A stretch of 64,000 nucleotides of DNA from an uncultured delta proteobacterium (GTDB lineage Bacteria > Myxococcota_A > Polyangia > Fen-1088), in contig CAVWIP010000017.1 of NCBI GenBank assembly GCA_963755125.1, positions 288,001 to 352,000 of the forward strand. Reading direction: 5' to 3'. Shown here in pieces: positions 50,255-63,000 of this stretch. The notes below the pieces were generated by a model. The model had not been told where the DNA came from, ran no database searches, and saw nothing but the letters and a program-made list of their open reading frames with translations. Within the stretch, counting starts at the first letter, position 1. The number at the start of each line of letters is the position of its first letter. The translations under genes were made by a program, and so were the position numbers.

Positions 50255-52732
50255 ATGAGAATGATGCGATTTCCAGGGCTGGGGGTCGCGGGCCGGTGGC
50301 TGGTAGTCGTGGTTCTCTTGGGAGGGTGCAATAGCCTGACCAACGCCCCGGCTGTGCCTCCCGATGGTGGGCACGACTCGGTTGCGCGTGATGGAGCAGG
50401 GCAAGCGGAGACGGGGCGTGGCCCCGATGGGGCTGGAGGCAACCAGGCAGACACACGGGCTCTCGTCCCGGGCGATGCACAAGTTGATGGCATCGCTGGG
50501 GGATCCCTCGTCGACGCGGCCGGCCCGGCTTCGGGCCTCGATGCGGCGGGCGGCTTCGGTGGGACCGCGGGAATCGGTGGAGCGGGAGGCGCGGCCGGTG
50601 TGACAGGCGACGGCTCGCCGCCGCCGGAGACCAACAGTCCGCCCGACGATGGCAGCGCCGGCCAGGCGGACGGGGTGGTCGTCGTCGATCTCGCGCCGGT
50701 CGACAACCACATTACGTCCGTGCCTGACGGCCCTGGCCCAGACCGCATCCCGGACGGGAGCATACCCAGCGTGGATCTCGGGACACCGGACAACCGATCG
50801 TCCGACGTGGCGAGATCTCCTTTCACGGTCAATGCGGGCCCCGACCAGAGCATCTGCGACGGTTTTCCGGCCACCCTTGCAGCGACGGCCCAGGGTGGCA
50901 CGCAACCCTACAGCTACGCATGGTCGGCAACCCCCACCTGTTCGGGCTGCATCAGCAGCCCCATTTCGGCGCAGACGGATGTCGTGCCGATTACCACGAC
51001 GACGTTCACCGTGACGGCCCACGACTCGCTCAGCGCGGTCGCTACTGACTCCGTCATCGTGACGGTCGTCGATGCGATAGCCGACGCCGGCCCTGAGGTT
51101 TCGGTCGATCCCGGCGTGCCGATCAGCATCGGCACGCCGGCCCAGCCTGGCTATACCTATGTCTGGACCTGCGACCGGCCGACCTGTGCCCTGTCGAGCG
51201 CGACCACGGCCCAGCCCACGGTGAGTCCGAAGCTGTCCACGACCTACACCGTGTCGGTAACCAGCCCCGGGGGGTGTCTCGCGAGTGACAGCACGTCGGT
51301 GTGGGTGAACTTGCCGCTGACCACCACGCCGGCAGACGGCGAAACCGCATACTCGCCCTCGGCGTCACTGTTCGTGCAGTTCGGGGCCAGCGTGCTGGCC
51401 TCGTCGATCACGCCCGACACCGTGAACTTGAGCGAGACCATAAGCGGCGCGCCGATACCGTTCACCTACGTGTACAACTCGTCGTTGCAGGTGCTCACCA
51501 TCACGCCGACTGCATACGACCCGACGGTGTTTCAGTACACCCTGACGTTGGTTGGGGGCGCCGGAGGAATCTTGTCCGACGATCCGCTCTGGCCGCAGCG
51601 TCTGCCCGACAATGTCGTGGTCAATTACACGCTTGCGGCCGCGCCCGACTTGACCACGCCGATCATCGTCTCACGCAGCCCGGCCCCGTTCGCGACGGGG
51701 GTGGGCACCAACACCCACGTGGCCGCCACCTTCAGCGAGGCGCTCGACCCTACCAGCGTGACGGCTGCCAACTTCGTTCTCTCGATCGGTACCACCATCG
51801 GCGTGGCGGGAACCCTGTCTTATGACGCGAGTTCATCTACAGTCACCTTCATCCCTGCCGCCCCGCTGACGGCCGGCACCACCTATACCGTGCGGGTCAG
51901 CGGCATGAAGGACGTGTCGGGCAACACGATGTTCCTGACCACCTGGACCTTCACCACCGGCGGCGTAGCCGATACCACGCCTCCCACCGTGACGGCGGTG
52001 GCGCCAGCGTCCGGAGCCACCCGGGTGTCGGTTCTTGCCGTCGTGAGCGTGACGTTCAGCGAGTCGGTCGATCCGACCACGCTCGCGGCCGGCATCCAAG
52101 TGGCTGCCGGTGCAACTCCGGTGGCGGGCAGCGTGACCTGCGACGCGGTCAACCGAGTGGCCACCTTTACCCCGTCGGCGGCGCTGGCCAGCCAGACTTT
52201 CTACACGGTCACGGTGGCTGGCGTGAAAGACCTGGCGGGCAACACCATGACCGCGGCGTTCACCTCGACGTTCACCACCACCACCATCCTGTTCGGCGAT
52301 TCGTTCGAGTCAGGGACTGCCAACTGGACACTGAATCCCCCGTGGGGTTTGACGACGACCTCCTACGTGAGCCCGACCCACAGCCTGACCGACAGCCCCG
52401 CGGGCAACTACGCGCCCAATTTGAACATCTCGGCCACCAGTGTCGCCATCAACGTCACTAACGTCGGGTCGGTGTCCCTGAGCTATTGGCTGAGCGGACA
52501 GACCCAGGCCGGGGCTGACTTCCTCCGCTTCGAGTATTCGACCAACAATGGGGGCCTGTGGACCACGCTGGACACCTGGTCGGGGGTGCAGAACTGGGCG
52601 CAGCATTCCCACACGCTCACGCTGCCTCCTGGTACGACCAGCCTGCAGATCCGTTTCCGCCTCACCTCGAACGGCAACCAGCAGTTCGACGGCGTGTACA
52701 TCGACGACGTGATCGTGCAGGCGAGCGGATAG
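50255..52732 (+). CDS. Surface lipoprotein with PKD/Ig-like and Big_5-like repeats and a C-terminal jelly-roll-like domain
   Basis: Lipobox LLGGC, Gly/Asp/Ala linker, NAGPD and DAGPE units, TFSE.[LV]DP...VKDLAGN repeats, DSFESG...GVYIDDV. Confidence 0.85.
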   Translation: MRMMRFPGLGVAGRWLVVVVLLGGCNSLTNAPAVPPDGGHDSVARDGAGQAETGRGPDGAGGNQADTRALVPGDAQVDGIAGGSLVDAAGPASGLDAAGGFGGTAGIGGAGGAAGVTGDGSPPPETNSPPDDGSAGQADGVVVVDLAPVDNHITSVPDGPGPDRIPDGSIPSVDLGTPDNRSSDVARSPFTVNAGPDQSICDGFPATLAATAQGGTQPYSYAWSATPTCSGCISSPISAQTDVVPITTTTFTVTAHDSLSAVATDSVIVTVVDAIADAGPEVSVDPGVPISIGTPAQPGYTYVWTCDRPTCALSSATTAQPTVSPKLSTTYTVSVTSPGGCLASDSTSVWVNLPLTTTPADGETAYSPSASLFVQFGASVLASSITPDTVNLSETISGAPIPFTYVYNSSLQVLTITPTAYDPTVFQYTLTLVGGAGGILSDDPLWPQRLPDNVVVNYTLAAAPDLTTPIIVSRSPAPFATGVGTNTHVAATFSEALDPTSVTAANFVLSIGTTIGVAGTLSYDASSSTVTFIPAAPLTAGTTYTVRVSGMKDVSGNTMFLTTWTFTTGGVADTTPPTVTAVAPASGATRVSVLAVVSVTFSESVDPTTLAAGIQVAAGATPVAGSVTCDAVNRVATFTPSAALASQTFYTVTVAGVKDLAGNTMTAAFTSTFTTTTILFGDSFESGTANWTLNPPWGLTTTSYVSPTHSLTDSPAGNYAPNLNISATSVAINVTNVGSVSLSYWLSGQTQAGADFLRFEYSTNNGGLWTTLDTWSGVQNWAQHSHTLTLPPGTTSLQIRFRLTSNGNQQFDGVYIDDVIVQASG

Positions 52733-52768
52733 GTCACAGCGGGCAAGCCCGCGCGAGCGCTCTCAGAG

Positions 52769-53761
52769 TTACTTCACCCACTTCAGCTTGGGCGAGATGA
52801 GGACGTGTTCCTTGGGCAGCCTGTCGAGCGCGGCCTTGTAGCTCTTGCTCTTGAACTTCTCCTGCTCTTTTTCGGCCGCCTCGCTGCTTTTCTTGCCCAT
52901 GCCGATGACCTGGAAGGTGAAGGCGGCGTGGGATGCGATCTGTTCCTGCAGCCGCGCCAGAATGTTGTCGAATTCTTCCCGGGTCACGCGGATCTTGACC
53001 GCCGGCTCATCCTTGTACACGCCGTTGAACCCCAGTTCCTTCAATCCGTCGACCTTGCTGAACATGCTGGTCATGAACTCGGCCCAGGTGCCAAGCGCGG
53101 AGTTCAGCTTCAGATCGGACACATACTCGTCCTTGCCCATCTCCAGATACGGGTAGGTGATCTCGACGGCGGCACGGGACGGGTCGAGTGTGTAGGTGGT
53201 CTTGTGAGTGAATTTTTCATCGTAACGAGCGACCTTCTTCTTCTCGCCGATGTGACAAGTGTCGTTGAGATCCTCTTGCAGCTCCTGCTCGCCACGCGTG
53301 CTCCAGATGTACGCGCGCTCCACTTGCTCGGGGAAGTCGTACTTCACCATGTTCTCGCAGCGGGGCGCCTGGTCTTTCTGTTCGCGGATGACCTTGGCGA
53401 TGACCGTGGCCTCACCGCCTGACTGGGCGTTGCTCTCGTTGGCGTACAGCCAGGCTTCGACGTGGATGGGCTCCAGGGGCGTACGCTTCATGGCATAGGC
53501 GTAGAGCACTTTGAGCGGGCCATAGATCTGATCACGTTTGGCAGGCTGGGTTAGCCCTGCGCGGAGCATGACCTTCAGGCCATCGCCGGGGCCCGACACG
53601 TCATCGGCCACGACTTTGAACTTCGCGACGCCCGCCGGGATGTCGGGCTGCTCGCAGCAGGGCGCGGGCCCTTCCGCCTTTTTCTCGCAGCTTGGAAGCA
53701 GAAACATCGCGGCAAGAATGGCCGCGGAAAAAGTAGACCTGCCGTGCATCCCTGGTTTCAT
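52769..53761 (-). CDS. Hypothetical lipoprotein, Lys/Glu-rich
   Basis: GGAGG RBS 8 nt before ATG 53761; lipobox LLPSC. Confidence 0.8.
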   Translation of the reverse strand: MKPGMHGRSTFSAAILAAMFLLPSCEKKAEGPAPCCEQPDIPAGVAKFKVVADDVSGPGDGLKVMLRAGLTQPAKRDQIYGPLKVLYAYAMKRTPLEPIHVEAWLYANESNAQSGGEATVIAKVIREQKDQAPRCENMVKYDFPEQVERAYIWSTRGEQELQEDLNDTCHIGEKKKVARYDEKFTHKTTYTLDPSRAAVEITYPYLEMGKDEYVSDLKLNSALGTWAEFMTSMFSKVDGLKELGFNGVYKDEPAVKIRVTREEFDNILARLQEQIASHAAFTFQVIGMGKKSSEAAEKEQEKFKSKSYKAALDRLPKEHVLISPKLKWVK

Positions 53762-54039
53762 GATGGGGACCTCCGTTGTGGGGAGAAGCAGAAGGCAGCA
53801 TACACAGAGAGGAGGGTCGGGGGAATCGCGAAAGGTCGGAGGAAGGTGGCCGATGCCGGTTCCGAATCCGAAACCGGCATCCGGCTCCGGTCCCGGCCAA
53901 CCGGCCTCGTCTTTTCCACTTGCGGCAAACCGCGTCGGAGCCTCGCGGGATTCCAATTTGGAGCGACCCGAAAGAGGTTATAGTCAAGAGCCGCCCAACC
54001 AGTGGCTCATTCCGGGCGCGGGGGGCTTGGATCGCAACC

Positions 54040-57000
54040 ATGAACAACGACCTTTCGACCGCACTTGCGACGCTGAGATCGGACCCAGAAGATAGCCAGG
54101 CGCTTGCGTTGCTGGCTGGACTGCAACCAGGGGATGCGACGGCATCCGAGCGCGATGCTGTTCAGGTGGCGCTGGCTGCCGAACGAGCCTGGCACACCGA
54201 CCGCGAAAACGTGGAGCCATGTCTGCGCCTGCTCGACCTGGAGCTGGCGTGGGGGCAAGATCCGATTCGCCGCGCGACCCTGTTCGTCGAGAAGGCGCGC
54301 TTGCTCCACCGCGAGATGTGTCAGTGGGAAACCGCCCACGCATGCGTGAGGGAGGCGCTGGAGATCGCGCGCAACCACCCGGCGGCCGCCGAGTTCAAGC
54401 GGGTGCTCGAAGAAGAAGAGGCGGGGTGGCAGGAGCGGGCCGACGCGCTGGTGCGGCAGGCGGACGAGGTGGGCGACAGCCCGGGTGGGGCTCCCTTGCT
54501 GGCCGCGGCCGGCGAGCTTTACCTGCGCTACCGCCCGCTCACCAGCGAGGGCGAATCGTTGTTGCGTCGGAGCTTCGCCCTCGATGCTCACCAGCGCCGC
54601 GCTGACGTGCTGCTGGAACGCCTGCTCCGCGGGGCCGGGCGCAAGGATGAATTGGCCGAACACCTCCAGCGGCGCATCGCTGCTGCGGCTAGTCCCCAGG
54701 ACATCGCCGCAGCCCGAGCGGCGGCGGGCCGCCTGGCCGAGCAGATGAACCGGAGCGACCAGGCGCTCGATAACTACCGCGAGGTACTGGCGGCTTCTCC
54801 CGGCCACGAGCGCGCGCTGCACGGCGTGGCGCGCATCCTGACCGCGCGCGAGAACTGGGCCGAGTTGGTGACGGTGTACGAGACGGCGCTGCGCGCGGCC
54901 AAGCGCGGCGTGGCCGAGGGGCCCATCTTGATCGCTCTGGGCGAGATCTACTGGAAGCGCCTCAACCAGATCGCTCAGGCCGAGGCGTGCTTCCGGCGGG
55001 CTCGCAAGACCATGCCCGCCGTGGCGCCGGTGCTCGACTTCTACCGCGAGTACCACCTGTCGCACGACGAGTTCCCCCAGTTGTTCGCGCTGCTGGGTCA
55101 GGCCCAGAAGGCCGAAGCCGACCCCGAGGCGCGCGTGCGCTACGGCATCGAGATGGCCGAGTTGGCCGAGCAGCGGCCGCAATTGCTGGAAAAGGCGGTC
55201 GACGCCTGGAAGGCCCTGCGACGTCTCAAGCCGGGGCTGCCCGAGGCGGTGACCGCCTTGCGCCGCTTGTACACCAAGACCGAGAAGTGGAACGCGCTGC
55301 TCGAGCTACTCAAGGAGCGCTGCGAAGCACTTCCGCCCGACGCCGTGGACGAGAAGGTCGCGCTCTACCTGGAGATGATCCCCATCTACCGCGATCATCT
55401 CAAGCTGGACGTGATGGTGGTCAATACCTACGTGGCGATTCTCGGCCTGCGCCCCGATCATGCCGAGGCGCTCTCGGCGCTGGCTGAGCGCTATCAGGCG
55501 CAGGGGCGGTGGGGCGATTTGGCCAACATCTTGGCGCGCCAGGCGCAGTGCAGTTCGGAACTCGTCGAGAGGGTCGCCCTCTACCACCGCGTAGCGCACT
55601 TGTGGATGGACAAGTTCAACAACCACCACAACGCCGTGGCGGCGCTGGAGAAAGTACTCGAGCTGGTGCCCAGCGACGAGAAAGCGCGGGCCACGTTGCG
55701 CGAGATCTATGTGCGCGCGCGCTCCTGGCGTTCGCTGTTGGATTTCATGCGCCGCGAGCTGCCGCTTCTGGATGCGCCGGCCCGGCAGGCACGGCTGGCC
55801 GAGATGGCGACCCTGGCGGCCGAGCGCCTGGCCGATTTGCGCCAGGCTATCGGTTTGTGGAACGAGGTGCTGCAACTCGCGCCTCAGGATCGCGACGCGG
55901 TCGTGGCACTGTCCGCGCTCTACGAACGTGAGAAGCGCTGGCCGGCTTTGGCGGAGATTCTTGGGCGTCTGGCCGAGTCTGCGGGAGGGGATGCAACATC
56001 CGACGGGTGCGCCCTTTTGGAGAAGCGCGGCCTTACCTTGTTGGAGAGGTTGGGCGCGCCCGCTGCGGCGGTCGAGGTGCTTGCGCGCGTGCGGCGCAGC
56101 CAGAGTGAGAACCCGCGTGTCTTGCGCGCCCTGCGCGATGCCTACACCCAGATGGGTGACTTCGATACGCTTGAGGCCCTCTATGCGGGGCGGGGCGCTT
56201 GGGAAGAGCTGTGCGACGTGCTCTCGCAGGTGGCCGAACGCACCACCGATATGGTCTTGCGCGCCCGCCTGCTTGGTCGTGTTGCCGACGTGGCGCGCGA
56301 CAAGCTCAACCAACCCGAGCGCGTGCTCAAGGCCTACGAAGGTATTCTGGCCACCGACCCGGACAACCGAGCGGTGGCGCGGGCTGCGGCCGATCTGTAC
56401 GAGGCGAGCGAGCGCTGGGGTCGCCTGGTGGCGACCTACGAGATCATGCTGGGTCCCGAGTTGGCGCCGGCCCTGTCGCTAGGCGAGAGCCTGGCCATCC
56501 TGGAAAGGGCGCGCTTCATCTGCGAGACGAAGCTGGAAGCCAAGTCGCTGGCCTTCAAGTGGTGCGCCCGGGCTTACCGCCTGGCCCCCACCGATGCGGA
56601 CGTGCGCGCCGATCTGGAACGCATGGGCGAGGCGGCCGAAGAGTGGGAAGGGTTGCTGGGCCTGCTGGCCGCTCGGCTGGACAGCGAGGGCGAGGATCGG
56701 CCAGGTCCGGAAGAGCAACTTTCGCTTTTGCGCCGGTGTTTGTTCATTGCCGATGAGCGGGTCGATCGTCCCGACGATCTCAAGCGATTTGCCGAGCGCA
56801 TCCTGGCGCTGGTGCCGGGCGACGACGAGGCCGAGAACGCCCTGCTCAAGCTCTACACCAAGAGCGAGCGCTGGGCCGATCTGATCGCCTTGCAGCACGT
56901 GCGCCAGGCGCGCATGCAAGACCCCGATCTGCGCGCCGAGGTGTTGCTACGTATTGCGCACATGCAGGAGGAGCGTCTGGGTGACCGCACCGCCGCTGCG

Positions 57001-60000
57001 GCCACACTGCGCGAGGCCTGCGAGATCGAGCCGCAGAACATGCGTCTGCTGCGCGAACTGGTGCGCGTGCTGGACGCGGTGGGGGATGTTCGGGGTCTGG
57101 TCGAGGCACTGGCGCGCCAGGTGGGCCTGTGCGCCGACGCCGAGCGGGCCGTGGTTCTGCTGCGCATGGGGCGGCTGCTGGAGACTTCTCTGGCCCAGCC
57201 GGCGCGTGCCACCGACGCGTACCTGCAGACCCTGGAGGCTGACCCCATTTCGGCCGAGGCGGTCGAGGGTCTGGAACGGTTGTTTGCCGCAGGTGCGGTT
57301 CGCCAAGAAGACATCGCCAAGGTGGCAGGCCGGCTGCTTCCCTACTACGAGCTGACCGAACGCTTCGACAAGTGGGCGGGGATGCTCGAGGCCCTGGTTT
57401 CGGTGACCGCAGACCGGAACGAGCGGCGCGCGCAGCTGGAGCTGCTGGTCGATCTGTACCAAGGCCCACTGGCTGATGCGGTGGCCGCTTTTGGCACCGT
57501 GCTGCGGGTGTTTGAAATGGAGCCGGGCAATCCGTCTGTGCGCGAACGCTTGCTGGAATTGGGGGCGGGAGCAGACAAGCTGCCGACTCTCGCGGAGGCC
57601 GCGCGACGGGTGTTGGCTGCTACCGAGGAGCCATCCCTGCGGCAGGAAATCTTCATGCTCATCGCCGAGGTCGAGGAGCGCCAACCCGATCGCAAGGGCG
57701 AAGCGGAGGAGGCCCTGCGCGCGGTCCTGCAACTGGATCCGCTGCACATGGGAGCCTATCGCGCGTTGGCTCGGCTGGTGCGCGATGGTGAGCGTTGGGG
57801 CGCCTTGCGCGATCTGATCGAGGCGCGCGAGCAGCACCTGCCTGATGTGAAGGAACGGCTGGCTTTGCTGTGGCAGGCGGTCGAGATCGACGAGGCACTG
57901 CTCTACGACCGCGACCACACGACCGAGGTTCTGCGTCGAATTGTGCAGTTGGATCCGACCGACCTGCGCGCCTGTCGCGTGCTGGAACGCAACTATGCGG
58001 CGGCCGAGCGCTGGAGGGATCTGGATGACCTTCTCGTCCACGAGGCCGATCTGGTGCCGCAGGAGGAGTTGCCCGAGCTGAAACTGCGCCGCGCCGAGCT
58101 TGCGCTGGTGCGCTTCAACAACGCGGGTGAGGCACTGGATCTGCTGGCCGAGGTTCTTGCGTTGGCGCCTGGTCACGCTCGGGCGATCGGGCTCACCGAA
58201 CGGGTGCTCGACGATCCGGAACAGAGGCGGCGCGCGGCCATGATGCTGGAGCCGCTGTATGCGACGGCCGAGAACTGGACGCGCCTGGTGGAAATTCTCG
58301 ACATCGAGCGCGAGGGGCAAGAGGGACCAGCGGCGGTCGCGCTGTTGGTGCGCAAGGCCGAGGTACAGGAGACGCACCTGCAGGCACCGACCGCTGCCTG
58401 GGACACCCGGCGTGCGGTGCTTGAGTGTGACCCGCAGTCCGAGACGGCCCTGCTGCAGACCGAGCGGCTGGCCGGCATCCTCGGGTGCTGGAGCGAGCTG
58501 CAAGCGCTCTACCAGGATCTCGCGGGCAAGCGCGATCCCTCGGATATCGGGGGTATCGCCGAGTTGCTATCGCGCGCGGCCCGGCTGTATCAGGGCCCGC
58601 TGGTGGATCGCGGCGCAGCCATTCGCACCTGGCGGCGTGTGCTCGACCTGGACCTCAGCAACGCGCGAACCGGCGTGGCGGCCGCCGCGGCGTTGGAGAC
58701 TCTCTACGTCGAGACAGGGGACATCCAGGGCCTGGTCTACGTGCTACGGGCCCGGAGTGAGTGGGCCGAGGATCGGCGCGAGCAGGCCGCCCTGGGCCTG
58801 CGCATCGCCGAGTTGGAGGAGAACTCCCTGCGCAATATTCCGGCGGCTGTGGCCACCTACCGCAGCTTGCTCGACAGCGAAGGGGAGGCGGCCGACAAGG
58901 CATTCGAGAGCCTGGAACGTATCTTCCAGCAGGCGGGTCAGGCACGCGAGCGGGTCGAGCTTCTGCGCCGCCGGGCGGACGCAGTCGACGCGGTGGCTCG
59001 GAACCAGTTGCGTCACCGCATGGCCGCCATTCTGGAAACCGAGCTCCACGATGTGGACGAGGCCATCGCCACGGTCAGCCCGGTGCTCGACGACACGCCC
59101 GACGATGTCGAGGCGCTCAAGACCCTGGCGCGCCTCTATCATAGCAAAGGGGCGGCGGCCGAGCACCTCGAGATCCTGGAGAGGCTGCTCTTGTTGGCAG
59201 GTTCCGACCGGGAACGCATCGATCTATTGCGCGCCATAGCCGGGCTTCTGCAGGGGCCGCTCGGCCGGCGTACCGAGGCGCTGGAACGTTGGCGGGAGAT
59301 TCTCAGGCTGGCTCCCGGCGAAGCCGACGCGTTGGCCGAGATGGAGCGCCTGCTGGACGACGCCGACGTGGCTTTGCGTTTCGCGGCCGCGGAAACCTTG
59401 GAGCCCATCTATCGGGCAGCCGGTGATGGGCCGCGCCTGGCGCGCGTCCTGCGCGTCTTCATCGATCTGGCCGAGGACGCGCGGGCACGGGCTGGCTACC
59501 GGGCCCACCTGGCCGAGATCGAAGAGAGCAAGCTGGGCGACAAGCAGGCTGCCCTGCAAACCTGGGCCGCCGCGATTCGCGATGGAACCTCCGATCCCGA
59601 CCTGGGACGGTTACTCGACAACTACGAACGACTGGCGCTGGCAGCGGGCATCGAAAACGTGATCGAGATCATCGATCTCTATCGCGCGGTGGAGCCCGAC
59701 GTCCTGGCCGAGGAGACGCGTCTGCGGGTGCAGCGGGCCATCGCCGAGCACGCCCTGAGCCTGGGCGATCTGCCGCTGTCCATCGACTACTTCAGCCGCA
59801 TCGCCGAGCGACGTCCCGATGACGACGCGGCCCTGGCGGCCCTGGAACAAATCTACCGCCAGCAGGAGAATCTGGCCTCGCTCTACGAGGTCATCTTGCG
59901 GCGGGCGGATCTGGCCGACCTACCCAGGACCGAGGTGCCCCTGCGGCGCGAGGCGGGCAGCCTCGCGGTTCGTCTGGCCAGGAAGGACGAGGCCATCGCA

Positions 60001-63000
60001 GCCTGGGAGCGGGTGTGGACGTTGTTGCCGGGTGACGCGGAAGCGGTCGCGGCGCTGGATGCTCTCTACGTCGAGTTGCGTCGCTGGGACGATCTGGTGA
60101 ATCTGCTCGAACGCCGGCTGGAACGGGATCTCAGTCGGGACCAGGACATCGAGTTGCGTTTTCGACTGGCGGAGATCCAGCGTATCGAGCTGGCCAACCG
60201 CGAGCGCGCCCTCGAATATCTGGGCCAGGTCTTGGAGCGGGAACCGGACCACGCACCCAGCATCCAAATCTTGCAAGATCTGCTGGAAGACCCCGAGGCG
60301 CGCATGACGGCCGCCACCCTGCTGGAGCCGGTCTATATCCGGCGCAGCGCCTGGAAGGAGTTGGTAGCGATCGACAGTTTGCGACTCAAGTACAGCGAGG
60401 ATCCCGAGCAGCGTCTGACCTGGACGCAGCGGATCGCGCAGGTCTACGAGGAGCAGATCGAGGATTTGGACGAGGCCTTCAGTTGGTACGGACGCGTGTT
60501 CCAGGAGAAGGCCACCGAGCGGACGGCCTTGGAGCAGTTGCTGCGGCTGGCGCCCAAGCTGGGTCGCTGGCGTGACGTGGGCAAACTGCTCGACGAGTTC
60601 CTCGAAAACGAGCTGTCCAACCCCGACGAGGTGTTGGCGCTGGTGCGCGTGGCCATTCGAGTCTTCGACCACGAGTTGGACGATCGCGAGGCTGCCCGTC
60701 GGCACTACCGGCGCTACCTCGAGGCTCAGCCGGGCAACCGTGCGGCGGCCGAGCTCTTCGAGGAAGCACTGGAGCGCTGGGAGGCGTGGACAGAGTTGCG
60801 CGACCTGCTCGACGAGCAGGCGCGCCTGGTGGAGTCACCCGCGGAACGCGCCGATCTCTTGCGTCGCAGCGCCCGCATCAGCGAGGAGAACCTGTCGCAG
60901 GCTGGCGCCGCGGTGGATTCCTTGCGCGCCGTTTTGGAGATCGATCCCGACGACGCGTCGGCGGCCGCATCGCTGGAGCAGTTGCTGGCCGCCGAGGAGC
61001 GTTGGGAGGATCTGCGAGACCATTTGGTCTGGATGTTGGGACGGGCGGAGAGCGTGACCGCGAAGGACGCCATCACCCTGGAACTGGCCGAGGTCGAGGG
61101 CAAGCGCCTCGGTCATGCGTCGGTCGCGGTCGACTTCTACGGTGAGGTGTTGGGGCGTACCCCGAGCCACGCCAACGCCATCGCGGCGCTGGAGGGCATG
61201 CTGGGGGATGCTGAGCAACGGGTGCGGGTGGCCGAGTTGCTGGAACCCGCCTACCGGACCGTGCGCAACCTGCGCAAGCTGTCCGATATCCTCGAGGTAA
61301 GGCTGGAGACCATTGAGGATCCACCTCGCCGCGTGGCCGCCTTGCGCGAAAAGGCGGCTGCGGAAGTCCAGCTCGGTCGTCCCATCGAGGCTCAGGCCGC
61401 GCTGGGACGGGCCTGGCTCGAGGACGTGTCCGACAGCTTGACCCTGGCCGAGTTGGACGGGTTGGCCGCCGCCGCCAGCGGCTGGCAGCAGTTGGCCAGC
61501 ACCCTGGATAAGGGCATTGAGGCGACCTTGCTTCCCGACCTGCGCGCGGATCTGTATGCGCGCAAGGCTAAGATCCTCGAGGAGCGGCTGGCCGCGCCCG
61601 ATCTCGCCGTCGAGGCGTGGCGGGAAGCGATTGCCTCACGTCCCGATTATCAGCAGGCATTTGCCGCCATCGAGCGCCTGCTCGAGGCCGCAAGCCGCTC
61701 GGCCGAGCTGGCCGAAATCCTGGAGAGGCATGCCGAAGTGGCGGTCGAGGCGCGTGAGCGCGAGCAACTGACCAAGCGAGTCGCCGTGCTGCACGAGAAG
61801 GTGCTCGGGCAGCCGGAAAAGGCCATCGCGGCCTGGCGCTCGGTGCTGGATCTGGACCAGGAGGACGTGGAGGCGCTCGATGCCCTCGAACGCCTGTACA
61901 GCGAGCTAGCCGACTGGACCAGCCTGGCCGAGGTGCTGCGGCGGAAAGCCGAGGCCTGTCACGATGTTGGGACCTTGCGCCGGCTGTGTTTCCAGGCGGC
62001 CCAGCTTCACGACGAGAAGCTGCACGACGCCTCGGAGGCGGCCAGTCAACTGCGCGCGATTCTCGACATCAATCCCGACGACGCCGAGGCGCTCGAGTTC
62101 ATCGGCCGCATCTACGCCCGCGAGGGCAAGCACGCTGAGTTGGTCGAGGTGCTCGACGCGCGTGCGCGCGGGGCCGCCAGTGTCGAGGAGCGAGACGCGC
62201 TCGCGCTGGCGGCTGCCCGCCTGGTGCAGGCGGAACTGAGCGATGTGGCGAGCGCTGTCGAACGATATCGCACCATCCTGGAGCGGACGCCGACGCATGA
62301 GAAGGCACGCGCAGCTCTGTGGGACCTGGCGCGCCAGGAGGACCACCGGGCGACGGCCATTGCCGTGTTGGAGCCGCTGCTGCGGGCGGGACAGGAATGG
62401 CGCTCGCTGGGGGAGTTGCTTGAACTCCGCCTGCTCGGCGAGGATGAACCCGGGCGGCGCCTGGCAACCTTGGCCGAGATTGCGCGGGTTGCGGAGCAGT
62501 GCCTCGGCGACGGGGCGGCAGCTTTTTCCACCTGGGCCAGGGCTCTGGCAGAGGACGCGGGGGACGCCAGCGTGCGCACGGCTCTGGAACGGCTGGCGGA
62601 GGCACAAGGCGCACTTCCCGAGTTGGCCAAGATCTACGAGGAGCGCCTGAAGGGCAGCTACGACACCGAGGTGCAACGCTGGCTGGCCTCGCGCTTGGCT
62701 GTACTGTACGAGCAATCGCTGGCCAACCCGGCACGCGCGGTCGAGTTGTGGCGCGAGGTGGCCGGCATGCCGGGCGGCGAGGCCGAGGCGCTGGGACATC
62801 TAGAGGTTGTGCTGCGCGGGCTGGGGCGAAACTCCGATCTGGAAGAGGTGTTGGCCCGCCGGGCCGAGATCGCGGTGCAGGGGACAACCCAGGCCGATTT
62901 CTTGGCTGACTTGGGCGAGCTGCGCCTGCACCATCTGTCCGATCCCGACGGAGCCATTGACGCCTTCCGGGCTGCGCTGGAACGCGTGCCGACCCAGGGC

